A stretch of DNA of 64,000 nucleotides from a virus, in IMG/VR virus record IMGVR_UViG_3300036771_000101, positions 21,023 to 85,022 of that record; one strand, written 5' to 3'. The position numbers were made by a program, and so were the translations under genes. Below are positions 9,146 through 18,062 of this stretch, piece by piece (within the stretch, counting starts at the first letter, position 1; every line of letters starts with the position of its first letter). Below the pieces are notes generated by a model, which was not told where the DNA came from, did not search any database, and saw nothing but the letters and a program-made list of their open reading frames with translations.

Positions 9146-12100
9146 GACTGCTGCCCCCTTACCTCCTTGAGCTCATCCAGCGCGGTGGCCCCTTCGTCGG
9201 CGCTGACCGTTCAAACGGTCGTGTCACGGTCGAGAAGGACTGGATGCTCAACCTCGCAACGGATGTGTTCACGGATGATCCGTCGAAGCTTCCGTTCCGT
9301 TGGTGGCAGCAGGCAGACAACTCGCAGGTCGAAACGGAGATCCCCAACATCAAGTCGATCTCCTGGGATCGCAGTGTCGACACCGACGCGGCGTCATGCA
9401 ATATCGCGGTCTACAACCAGAAGATGGACCCGAACGTGTCGGGTCAGAACCGGATGCTGGGGAAACCTGGGTACTTCACGTGGCATGGCCGTGACGCCAA
9501 TGCGACGGCTCGCTGGGTGAATCTCGTGGAGAACGAATGGAAGGGGGTGCTCATCCCCAACGCGCTTCTGCGCACTTACGAAGGGTTCGGCGGGCACGAC
9601 AAGACCCTCATGGAAGCCATCGGAGATGGCAACCTTGTTCTCACAGGTGTGTGGCTGATCGATGAGGTGAAGGTCACCTCCGATGGGCTCCTCAACCTGA
9701 CCTGCCGCGACATGTGCAAGCTCCTGATCGAGCAGCAGATGTATCTGCCGTTCATGCCCCCAGCGAAATATCCGTTGGCGTACTCGCGGTGGCGGTACGA
9801 AACCTTCTTCTACCCCGCCGTCAATGCCTACGACCGGGTTGATCCCGACCCGAACCCGGTGCAGTACGGACCAGGAGCGGAAGGCCGCAAGTACATCACG
9901 GATCTGGCGCTCGACGCTGACGGCGGTGGGTACGGTCTGCTCGGAACGGACGGCGGGGTCTTCTGTTACAACACGACGTTCTACGGGTCGCGTGGGCAGG
10001 GTGCCGTCGGGTCCGTGGCGGGGATGGCCTCAACTTCCGGTGGGGATGGCCTCTGGGCGGTGAACGCCGGGGGTGACGTGTTCACGCGGGGAACGGCAGT
10101 CGATCTCGGCGGAGTCACCGACTGGCCGATCACCGCTGACATTTCCAGCATCGTCGCGATTGAACCGACCCACACCGACGGGGGCTACTGGATCCTGAGT
10201 GACAACGGATGGGTGTTCCCGAAAGGCGACGCGGGAACCCTGAGCGTGACTCCTCCGGACACGTCGGTGTTCCTTGCTGATATGGCGAGAACACCGAACA
10301 GCGCTGGCTACTGGATCCTCGCCGAAGACGGCGCCGTCTACTCCTACGGCAACGCCGGATACCACGGCAACGCCACTATCGCTTCAGGGCATTCGGCAAC
10401 TGGGATTGTCGGGACTCTTGATGGTGGCGGCTACTACATCGTCGCCGACGACGGGGCAGTATTCGCGCTCGGGGACGCTACTTACCACGGTGGAGCGAAC
10501 ACGTTGTCGCTGACCAAGCCGGTCATCGACATCGTGTTGACTTCGACCGGGAATGGCTACTGGCTGGTCGCATCTGACGGTGGCGTGTTCGCTTTCGGTG
10601 ACGCCGTGTTCCACGGGTCGCTCTCGGGGAGTCTCTTCACCGTTCGAGCTATGGCACGCACAGCTGACAACGGGGGCTACTGGTTGATTGTCGATGGCGG
10701 TGGCATCACCCAGTACGGCAACGCCACCGACTTCGGAGACGTAACTGGCGCGGTCGACGCGGCGCCCATGACCGGGTACGACATGGACCCGCTCGGTCGG
10801 GGCTACTGGCTGGCAGGAGCAGACGGATCCGTCTTCGCCTTCGGGGAAGCTGTCTACTACGGCCGGGCGACGGTCGATCCCAACGGTGCCGGGCGGATCT
10901 GGCGGCTCGTTGCCCACCCCTCCGGGAGAGGATACTGGCTCCTCGGACGCGACGGTGGTGTGTTCAGCTACGGGAGCGCCGGGTTCCATGGCAGTGGTTC
11001 GGGACTCATGGAATCTCCAGCTGTGGACATGGCATCCACCCCCTCGGGGAACGGCTACTGGATCGTTTCCGAGCAAGGCCACGTGTTCGCCTTCGGTGAC
11101 GCCACCTACTACGGCAATGCCACGATCACATCGCCGGACAAGGCGGCGGGGATGGCAGTCCGTTCACAAGGCGACGGCTACTGGATTTGTTCGGAGAAAG
11201 GAGCGATTTTCGCTCTCGGCCAAGCTCCCTACTACACACCCAACAGCGACTACGCCACTGCTCTCACCAATCTCAGCGACCCGATGATCGGCATGGACGC
11301 CATGCCTGATGGAGACGGCTACCTGCTCGTAGCTGGGGACGGTGGAGTTTTCTCCTTCGGTAGTGCACCGTTCGAAGGATCGCTTCCTCTCGACTTCTCG
11401 GGCACGAAACGGTTCGACGGGAACTACAAGGACTTCACCGAGATCATCAAGGATCTTCTGCTGTGGGCAGGCTGGCTGCTCCACGGGGCGTCTGACACGC
11501 AGCAGGCAGGGTTCCCGGTGTACGGCAACCTCGAATCGACCGGCACCTTCGCCGAGGATGCTTTCCCGCCCGATGCGTTCGACAAGAAGCCGATCATCGA
11601 TGGGATCAACGCGGTCAAGGAAATCGTCGGGTTCCAGTTCTGGATTGACGAGGAAGGCGGAGCTCGTTTCGAGAGCCCGAACTGGTACACGTTCGGGAAC
11701 TTCATTCAGGAAACCGGCGGTCGTACGGGTCAGATCCCAACGATCGATGAGCGGCTGCACCTGACCCAGTACGGGCTCTCCTACGTGGACCGGCCGGTGC
11801 GAACCGAAATGATCGTTACGAGTGACGACCCAACACGGGGTTCTGACACGACGATCACCACACGGCTCGTTCCTACCAATCCGCTGCTGACACAGCTGTT
11901 CCGTGGGATGGTGCGACCGGCGATGCTGCCGGTGCCGCTCACGGTCACGAAGGCGCAGCAGGAAGACATGGCGCGGCTCATCGAGATCCACATGTCCTTC
12001 CAGCTGCTGCAGGGGCAGATGTCGTGTGTCGCTAACCCGGCGGTTCAGATCAATGACCAAGTACGGGTCTACGAACGGGTCACTGGGGACACCGATGTCC

Positions 12101-12210
12101 ACTACGTGCGAGGAGTGTCGTCATCTCATGACTTGGACTCAGGCGTATGGACGTACGAACTGACGACGAACCGGTTGGGGGCCGGGGTGACGGGAGCGAT
12201 CAGTGGATGA
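9142..12210 (+). CDS. Minor tail/hub protein with inserted 12-repeat beta-propeller
   Basis: Hub-like termini (LTGVWLIDEV, CRDMCKLL, ANPAVQINDQVRV) flank 12 repeats of G-Y-W-x-V-x-x-D-G-x-V-F-x-F-G-D-A. Confidence 0.8.
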   Translation: MRLLPPYLLELIQRGGPFVGADRSNGRVTVEKDWMLNLATDVFTDDPSKLPFRWWQQADNSQVETEIPNIKSISWDRSVDTDAASCNIAVYNQKMDPNVSGQNRMLGKPGYFTWHGRDANATARWVNLVENEWKGVLIPNALLRTYEGFGGHDKTLMEAIGDGNLVLTGVWLIDEVKVTSDGLLNLTCRDMCKLLIEQQMYLPFMPPAKYPLAYSRWRYETFFYPAVNAYDRVDPDPNPVQYGPGAEGRKYITDLALDADGGGYGLLGTDGGVFCYNTTFYGSRGQGAVGSVAGMASTSGGDGLWAVNAGGDVFTRGTAVDLGGVTDWPITADISSIVAIEPTHTDGGYWILSDNGWVFPKGDAGTLSVTPPDTSVFLADMARTPNSAGYWILAEDGAVYSYGNAGYHGNATIASGHSATGIVGTLDGGGYYIVADDGAVFALGDATYHGGANTLSLTKPVIDIVLTSTGNGYWLVASDGGVFAFGDAVFHGSLSGSLFTVRAMARTADNGGYWLIVDGGGITQYGNATDFGDVTGAVDAAPMTGYDMDPLGRGYWLAGADGSVFAFGEAVYYGRATVDPNGAGRIWRLVAHPSGRGYWLLGRDGGVFSYGSAGFHGSGSGLMESPAVDMASTPSGNGYWIVSEQGHVFAFGDATYYGNATITSPDKAAGMAVRSQGDGYWICSEKGAIFALGQAPYYTPNSDYATALTNLSDPMIGMDAMPDGDGYLLVAGDGGVFSFGSAPFEGSLPLDFSGTKRFDGNYKDFTEIIKDLLLWAGWLLHGASDTQQAGFPVYGNLESTGTFAEDAFPPDAFDKKPIIDGINAVKEIVGFQFWIDEEGGARFESPNWYTFGNFIQETGGRTGQIPTIDERLHLTQYGLSYVDRPVRTEMIVTSDDPTRGSDTTITTRLVPTNPLLTQLFRGMVRPAMLPVPLTVTKAQQEDMARLIEIHMSFQLLQGQMSCVANPAVQINDQVRVYERVTGDTDVHYVRGVSSSHDLDSGVWTYELTTNRLGAGVTGAISG
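9901..11390 (+). repeat. 12 tandem GYW..DGGVF propeller-blade repeats (about 41-44 aa each)
   Basis: e.g. GNGYWLVASDGGVFAFGDAVFHGS, GRGYWLLGRDGGVFSYGSAGFHGS, GDGYLLVAGDGGVFSFGSAPFEGS. Confidence 0.85.
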
Positions 12211-12359
12211 CTGTCGGGGAGTCCTTCGAGGATCATTCGCATCTCTCTCCGAAGCTGCAGCGGGCCGTGGAGGACGGGTGGCGTCGCCCCCGGTTGGGGC
12301 TGAGGAAGCAGCGGCGAGTTCCGAGGGTGGAGAGCCATGACGGCACCCCGGATTCGTAA
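12207..12359 (+). CDS. Small hypothetical protein
   Basis: ATGA-coupled to the upstream stop; 50 aa. Confidence 0.35.
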   Translation: MTVGESFEDHSHLSPKLQRAVEDGWRRPRLGLRKQRRVPRVESHDGTPDS

Positions 12360-12741
12360 CGTCCAGGCTCCGTTCGAAGCACGCCGCGCCGACGTCGAAC
12401 GGGGCAAGGCAGTTCAGGGCAAGACGTATCAGGTGTATGGGCGACTGGAGTTCCAGGGTCCCGGGGAGACCACCGCCAACGTCACCTTTCCCGTCTGGTT
12501 CTTCATCGACTCGCCCCAGTTCACATTCGGGGCGGAGCTCGGCGGAAACCAGGCGATCGAGGCGGGGAACTTCCCGCGAGTGAACGTCATGGTTCGTTCG
12601 TGGACAACGACCGTGCGGAACGGCGTGACCTACTACACGGGCGCCCAGTTGATTTTGGTTGCTGAAGGGTCGACAGACATGACGGGTATCGCTCACTGGC
12701 AGGTTGAAGGAACGGGTCTTACGAACCCGTTGTCACAGTAG
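12337..12741 (+). CDS. Minor tail protein
   Basis: GGAG SD; beta-rich 134 aa; within the tail operon. Confidence 0.65.
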   Translation: MTAPRIRNVQAPFEARRADVERGKAVQGKTYQVYGRLEFQGPGETTANVTFPVWFFIDSPQFTFGAELGGNQAIEAGNFPRVNVMVRSWTTTVRNGVTYYTGAQLILVAEGSTDMTGIAHWQVEGTGLTNPLSQ

Positions 12742-12748
12742 GAGTCTC

Positions 12749-13192
12749 GTGGCTGGTTCAATGACCGACTATCTGGAGAAGCGGGTCCTGGACCTGATCT
12801 TCAGAAACGCGAACGCTTCGGCGACGGTCCCTCTGGGGCTCGATTCGGCGAGTGTTTGGGTCGGGTTCTTCACGGACTCTGCTGGTACGTCGCATGAGAC
12901 GGGGACCGGGACGGAAGTGGCCTCGGGCGGCTACGCCCGTGTTGCTGTGGCCCGTTCAGGGTCCCCTGGCTGGACGGCAGCTGCCGGTTCGTTGGGGACC
13001 ACTGGGAATAGCGGTTCGATTGCCTTCACGACGGCAACCGGGTCGTGGGGCACCGTCAATCAGTTCGGGATCTTCGATGCTTTGACGGGTGGGAACTTGC
13101 TCTACTGGGGCGACTTGGGGTCGCCTCGAACGATCGGGGCGGGTGATACGGCGACGTTCGCCGCAGGAGCTATCACGATCACGCAGGACTAG
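12749..13192 (+). CDS. Small virion/tail-fibre-associated beta protein (paralogue 1)
   Basis: Motif TDYLE..VL...EVASGGYARVAV...N...IAFTTATGSWGTV...IFDALTGGNLL..G.L...RTI.AGDT, shared with four other ORFs in the window. Confidence 0.75.
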   Translation: MAGSMTDYLEKRVLDLIFRNANASATVPLGLDSASVWVGFFTDSAGTSHETGTGTEVASGGYARVAVARSGSPGWTAAAGSLGTTGNSGSIAFTTATGSWGTVNQFGIFDALTGGNLLYWGDLGSPRTIGAGDTATFAAGAITITQD

Positions 13193-13206
13193 GACAGGAG
13201 GATTTC

Positions 13207-13575
13207 GTGCCGCACATCGAACTGGGCAACATCTCGCCGATTGAAATGATCACCGACCCGGAGACTGGTCTGCGAACCAAGTACCGGTTCACCAACATCG
13301 AACAGGCCATCACAAGCTTCGCGGTTCCGGGAGGTCGGGACCTGCTCACGCTGCTCACCGAGGTCAACTCGGCGTGGGCTGCTCACAGCGATCAGCCGCC
13401 GGTGTGGGTGACCTGCTCAGACGATCTCGATCTGCAGGACATCCTGCGGAAGCACTTCGCGACTGGTGAGCGTCCGGAGGGTTGGGACATCGTCGTGACT
13501 GGTCCCTCGGTCGCCGTTCCGGTCGAGGATGGGATTCCCAATGTCGAGGTCAACACCGCAGGAGGTGAGGGGTAG
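13207..13575 (+). CDS. Hypothetical virion-region protein
   Basis: AGGAGG SD, 122 aa, coupled to the next gene. Confidence 0.65.
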   Translation: MPHIELGNISPIEMITDPETGLRTKYRFTNIEQAITSFAVPGGRDLLTLLTEVNSAWAAHSDQPPVWVTCSDDLDLQDILRKHFATGERPEGWDIVVTGPSVAVPVEDGIPNVEVNTAGGEG

Positions 13576-14288
13576 TGTCGAAGATCAACAACGGCATCGA
13601 TGCTATTGCGATGCAGGGTGGGTACCCGGGGACAATCAGCACTGCAATGACAGGAACGTCGACTACGGCTCCGACCGCTACGACGTTTCCGATGGATGGT
13701 GCGACGATGCCCTCGGCATCTACTGGTGGTCCGCCGCAGAACGTTGGTGCTCTCATCGGTTCCGTGGTCTGCCGCGCCAACCGTTACGGGATCATCCTTC
13801 AACACTCGGCGACTGCTGCTACTGGCGCTACCATCGATCAGTGGTACGACCCGACGACGGGTCTGCAGGGTTCGACTCCGGCGGCAGGTCAGTGGATGAT
13901 CGCTCCGGGAAACGCCCATGCCATCCAGATGGGTTTGTCGACGGCGACGGCGACGATCAACGCGACGGACACCTGCCTGGGCGGTACTTCGGTCAGCGAG
14001 ATCTGGAACTCTGGTGGTGGTCTGAACCGAGGCGTGTGTGTGTTCGGTCACACCCGGGGGACTCCGTCGGCTTCGTATACGTTGACGAAGGTGTTCACGT
14101 CGACGGGTTCCGACCCGGCTTCTTCGACGGTCCACCGTGTTGGGATTTTCCAGCACGCAGTGAACGCGGCACCGTCGACTACGACGACGGGCATCATGAT
14201 CTATGTCACCAACCTGTCAGCCGACGCGATCATCACCAACAACGGCACGGACAGCTTGACCGTCACCGAAACCGTCACGATTTCGTAA
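13575..14288 (+). CDS. Minor virion protein
   Basis: Thr/Gly/Ala-rich 237 aa; C-terminus DSLTVTETVTIS is typical of tail accessory proteins. Confidence 0.65.
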   Translation: MSKINNGIDAIAMQGGYPGTISTAMTGTSTTAPTATTFPMDGATMPSASTGGPPQNVGALIGSVVCRANRYGIILQHSATAATGATIDQWYDPTTGLQGSTPAAGQWMIAPGNAHAIQMGLSTATATINATDTCLGGTSVSEIWNSGGGLNRGVCVFGHTRGTPSASYTLTKVFTSTGSDPASSTVHRVGIFQHAVNAAPSTTTTGIMIYVTNLSADAIITNNGTDSLTVTETVTIS

Positions 14289-14300
14289 CGGGCGTTTCGA

Positions 14301-14801
14301 ATGACTTTCATCCCGAACGACGTCGTCGGCGGGACGCAAACGCAACACGCGATTGCGTCTCCCGACGCTGTCGACTTCATGATCATGCTCGCCGCGGACG
14401 CCGGAATTGGCGTTGTCTCCGGGTTGACCGTCACTCCCAACAGTTCTGGTGTCAACCTGAACGTCAACATCGCGGCGGGTACGGTCCTGATCAACGGGAT
14501 GCAATACAGCATCGCTGCCGTTACGAACCTGACCGTGGCTGCAGCAGACGGTACGAACCCCCGGTTCGACCTGATCGTGTGCTCATCCACGACCGTGTCA
14601 CGGACAGGAGGGACGGCGGCAGCGAACCCGGTGTTCCCTGCCATTCCGGCGAGCTCGGCGGTGCTCGCCGCTGTCTACATTCCTGCAGCGGCAACGTCGA
14701 TCACGGCGACGAACATTGTGGATAAGCGCGTGATTATGTCGCCCGGCGGGGTTCCGAAGAACTACGCGGCCCGTACTTACGCTCGGGGGACTTGGAGGTA
14801 G
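14301..14801 (+). CDS. Minor tail protein (fibre/baseplate adaptor-like)
   Basis: Motifs GLTVTP...VNIAAG, ADGTNPRFDLIV, P.IP....LAAVYIPA...I...NIVDKR. Confidence 0.75.
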   Translation: MTFIPNDVVGGTQTQHAIASPDAVDFMIMLAADAGIGVVSGLTVTPNSSGVNLNVNIAAGTVLINGMQYSIAAVTNLTVAAADGTNPRFDLIVCSSTTVSRTGGTAAANPVFPAIPASSAVLAAVYIPAAATSITATNIVDKRVIMSPGGVPKNYAARTYARGTWR

Positions 14802-14804
14802 CGG

Positions 14805-15212
14805 ATGGCGACCGATCCGCAGTTCGCAGCAGTGGTGTCGGTGGCGGCGGCTCAGTTGACGGGGGCTGCGGAGACGAGCCTCACGGCTCCGACGACGGCG
14901 ACAACGGTTCTGACGGCCGGAGCCAACGGCACGAAGATAGAGGAGATCGTGATTCACGCGATCGGGGCGAGCTTGACCCAGGCGACAACGGCGGGATTCG
15001 TCTATGTCTTCATCAACGACGGGTCCTACCGTCTCTATGACACGATCCCGATCACGGCGGTGACGCCGAGCGCCGGGACCACTGCGCCGTTCCGTGTCAG
15101 TCGCACGTACACGAACCTGTGGATCAAGTCTGGCTCGACGTTGCGGGCGAGCAACTCCGTCGTTGGCAATCAGAACTTTCTCATGATGTTGGTGTTCGGT
15201 GGTGACTACTGA
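14805..15212 (+). CDS. Minor virion protein
   Basis: MATDPQFA...VLTAGANGTKIEEI...FGGDY; GGAGG SD. Confidence 0.7.
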   Translation: MATDPQFAAVVSVAAAQLTGAAETSLTAPTTATTVLTAGANGTKIEEIVIHAIGASLTQATTAGFVYVFINDGSYRLYDTIPITAVTPSAGTTAPFRVSRTYTNLWIKSGSTLRASNSVVGNQNFLMMLVFGGDY

Positions 15213-16009
15213 TGAACAAGGGCGTGCCGAGCGGGGTGGCAGCAGAGAACCTGATCCCTGCTGGGGTCATCTGGGAGTTTGGCGGGAATGCCGCCGACAT
15301 CCCGGTTGGTTGGCTGCTGTGCGATGGGTCAGCGGTCAATCGAGCGCAGTACTCGCGGTTGTTCAAAGCGATCGGCGTGTTGCATGGCTCTGGGAATGGC
15401 ACGACGACATTCAACTTGCCGAATCGGCAAGGTCGAGTGGGTGTCGGTCAAGACGGCTCAGCCGAGTTCGCGAACGTGGGTTCTGTCGGTGGATCGAAGA
15501 CGACCACCGCTTCGCACACCCACGCCACGACGACTGGAACGCCCAGTTCCACGAATACGGATGTTCCCAGTTCGAACTCCACCAGTTACCTGAGTGGGAA
15601 CACCGGTGGGCAGGATGCTGTGACGTGGTGGGTGAACCAGGACCATGCCCATGGTACCGGGTTCATGTACGCCAACGCATCGAACCACACCCACTTTTAC
15701 AACAACCCGAATGCTGGCGGTACGGTCGGGCTGACGCCGGGGTCCAACACGTACCAGTTCTTGCCGTTGGGGGCCCAGACCGGCACTGGGTACGTCGACC
15801 ACCAGCACGGAACGTACGGTGAGGACACGAACCATAACCACAACATGAACAGCCACGTGCATGACCACAGCCACGGCCACGATTTGCAGTCACATACGCA
15901 CAGCATGCAGGGCCACACGCACACTGGCACGTCTGGCGACTCAAGCACGACAGCTTCGGCGGGTAACTTGAGCCCGTACGTGGCTGTCAACTACATGGTC
16001 AAAATCTGA
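15212..16009 (+). CDS. Tail fibre protein with tail-collar domain and His-x-His repeats
   Basis: Collar motif PAGVIWEFGG...PVGWLLCDGSAVNRAQYSRLF..IG...GSGNGTTTFNLPN.QGR; many HxH motifs; C-terminus NLSPYVAVNYMVKI. Confidence 0.85.
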   Translation: MNKGVPSGVAAENLIPAGVIWEFGGNAADIPVGWLLCDGSAVNRAQYSRLFKAIGVLHGSGNGTTTFNLPNRQGRVGVGQDGSAEFANVGSVGGSKTTTASHTHATTTGTPSSTNTDVPSSNSTSYLSGNTGGQDAVTWWVNQDHAHGTGFMYANASNHTHFYNNPNAGGTVGLTPGSNTYQFLPLGAQTGTGYVDHQHGTYGEDTNHNHNMNSHVHDHSHGHDLQSHTHSMQGHTHTGTSGDSSTTASAGNLSPYVAVNYMVKI

Positions 16010-16030
16010 GGCGGACGAAAGGAGGAGGGA

Positions 16031-16258
16031 GTGGCACTGCGTATCGAGTGTGACAACTGTGGAGCGCAGCTAGGCGAGGAGTTCATCCGGGTGCAGGTGA
16101 ATTGGCGCGGGACGATCGCTGACATTTGCTTGCCATGCTTCATGACGAAGACCTCGTTTGAAGACACGTTCTACAGCCAGATCGACCGTCCCGACATGCC
16201 ACCTCCTCCGAATCCGGATGTGCCTACGGCGAAGACTCCTCAGTGGGTGAGGCCGTGA
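16031..16258 (+). CDS. Small CxxC...CxxC zinc-binding protein
   Basis: GGAGG SD; CDNC and CLPC motifs. Confidence 0.6.
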   Translation: MALRIECDNCGAQLGEEFIRVQVNWRGTIADICLPCFMTKTSFEDTFYSQIDRPDMPPPPNPDVPTAKTPQWVRP

Positions 16259-16995
16259 AGTGGCGTCGCAAGCGTCCAGTGATCGAGTTCGTGACAGACA
16301 ACGAACGGATCCGAGAGTTCTTTCCTCCCGTCCCAGCTGCGCGTTTGGTGCCCGACTGGTTTCGACAGGCGAAGCTGACACACGGTGAACCCAAGACGGT
16401 TCGTCGCCGTGGGGACCTCACCATCAAGGGCTGCCCTGGGGTTCATGACTACCTGAGCCTCGGTTACATCATCCCGATGTGGGCAGACCACATTATCTCT
16501 GCCGTCGATGGCGGGTTCTCCTACGATGTCGACTATCCGCCGCAGCATTCGATCACGTCCTTCCCGCCAGTTCAGTGGGATGCCGTCCCGCGAAGAGAGC
16601 AGGAGCACGCCAACGTCCTGAAGCTTGCGCTTCCCTGGGAACTTCGAACTCCAAAGGGTTGGTCAATCCTTCTGATGGAACCGTGGTATCACCGTGAAGA
16701 TCGTTGGACGGTCATGCCTGGGGTCGTGGACAGTGACATTCTGGGGACGCTCAATCTCGTAGCGTTGTGGCACTTGCCGGTGGGTGAGCAGACCTTGATC
16801 AAAGCTGGAACGCCGCTGGTGCATGTCATTCCCTTCCGGCGGGACCGCCTCGATCTGTCGGTCATCGCCGACAAGGACCGGTTCGCTGACATTGTGGGCC
16901 GGGGGGTACGGGCGACGGGCGTGTCTAGCTCAAGGTTCGCTACCGGGGCGTACCGCGAAGTGCAGCGTCAAGCTCGCGAATCGTCTCGTGGTTGA
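16255..16995 (+). CDS. DUF6065-like (dUTPase-fold-like) protein
   Basis: TIKGCPGVHDYLSLGYIIPMWAD; PWELRTPKGWSIL; PGVVDSD; IKAGTPLVHVIPF. Confidence 0.65.
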   Translation: MKWRRKRPVIEFVTDNERIREFFPPVPAARLVPDWFRQAKLTHGEPKTVRRRGDLTIKGCPGVHDYLSLGYIIPMWADHIISAVDGGFSYDVDYPPQHSITSFPPVQWDAVPRREQEHANVLKLALPWELRTPKGWSILLMEPWYHREDRWTVMPGVVDSDILGTLNLVALWHLPVGEQTLIKAGTPLVHVIPFRRDRLDLSVIADKDRFADIVGRGVRATGVSSSRFATGAYREVQRQARESSRG

Positions 16996-17004
16996 GGAGG
17001 AGTC

Positions 17005-17190
17005 ATGCCTATTCTGAATATTTGGCGTTGCCCGGTGTGTGGCAAGGAGAGCGAAGCTTCTCTGACTCAGCCACCGAACTGGATCTCGGTCGGGGGTTCG
17101 CCGGGGGCGGGGGGTGCGGGCAACGAAGTGTTCGATCAGTGGCAGTGCGTAGCGACCTACGCCCAGGAGAATCAACCGTCAGGGTCTTGA
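17005..17190 (+). CDS. Small Cys-containing hypothetical protein
   Basis: AGGAGG SD; CPVC...FDQWQC. Confidence 0.55.
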   Translation: MPILNIWRCPVCGKESEASLTQPPNWISVGGSPGAGGAGNEVFDQWQCVATYAQENQPSGS

Positions 17191-17216
17191 CGGTGAGCCA
17201 GGAGAACGCTGCGTAA

Positions 17217-18062
17217 GTGCCGACTTTCCGTCTTCGTCGGAGCATTGGGAGCTCGGCGCTACGATCCAGCGTGGCGGGCGGTGCTCCTGGGGACACGCTG
17301 CGTTACAGCGTTGTTCTCTCCCCGACGACTTCGGACACGCTAACTCTCACCGACACCAACACGCAGCGACGCAACGTTCTGGCCCGCCCGGACAGCGACA
17401 CGCTTACTGCGGCTGACACAAACACGAGAGACTACGATCCGAAGCGGGCACTGTCGGAGACGTTAGCGGAAGCCGACAGCATCACTCGGGTGGTTGGACG
17501 AGCTCGGGCAGCAAGCGACACCGAGACGCTCAGCGACACGGTTGCTCGACGTAATGTTCTCGCTCGTCCGAACGCTGAGACGACGACAGAAGGCGACTCC
17601 CTCACCCAGACAGACGCGCCGAAACGAGCGCTCTCCGATGCTCTGGTTCTGAGCGATACTCAAACACGGGACTACGACCCGAAGCGGGCCATCTCGGATA
17701 CCGAAATGACCGTGGACACGGCGGCGCGGTCGAATGCGCAGGGCCGTTCCGGGTCCACGGAAGCTACTGTCTGGACAGATACGTGGACGTCGCTACGGAA
17801 CCTGAAACGAGCGATCTCAGATCAGTGGTCGACTGGCGTCAGTCCGATCCCAGAACGACTCTCACCTGACTACATCCGCACGGCTATCCATTACGTCGGG
17901 CCAGTCAGCTACATCCAGGACGACCCCGACGCCGCTGACGCCAACTGGATCGTGTGGGACGGGATGCTCGGCGAGCTCAGGGTGAGTTTCCCTCAGCCTG
18001 CCGGTAACCCCACGACTGGTGCGGGGCTGCAGGAATTCCGCATTCGGGTGCGGCCAGGATGA
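17217..18062 (+). CDS. Ser/Thr/Asp-rich repeat virion protein
   Basis: About 20-aa repeats SDT.T..DT.TR....R; C-terminal domain similar to the N-terminus of the next gene. Confidence 0.7.
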   Translation: MPTFRLRRSIGSSALRSSVAGGAPGDTLRYSVVLSPTTSDTLTLTDTNTQRRNVLARPDSDTLTAADTNTRDYDPKRALSETLAEADSITRVVGRARAASDTETLSDTVARRNVLARPNAETTTEGDSLTQTDAPKRALSDALVLSDTQTRDYDPKRAISDTEMTVDTAARSNAQGRSGSTEATVWTDTWTSLRNLKRAISDQWSTGVSPIPERLSPDYIRTAIHYVGPVSYIQDDPDAADANWIVWDGMLGELRVSFPQPAGNPTTGAGLQEFRIRVRPG

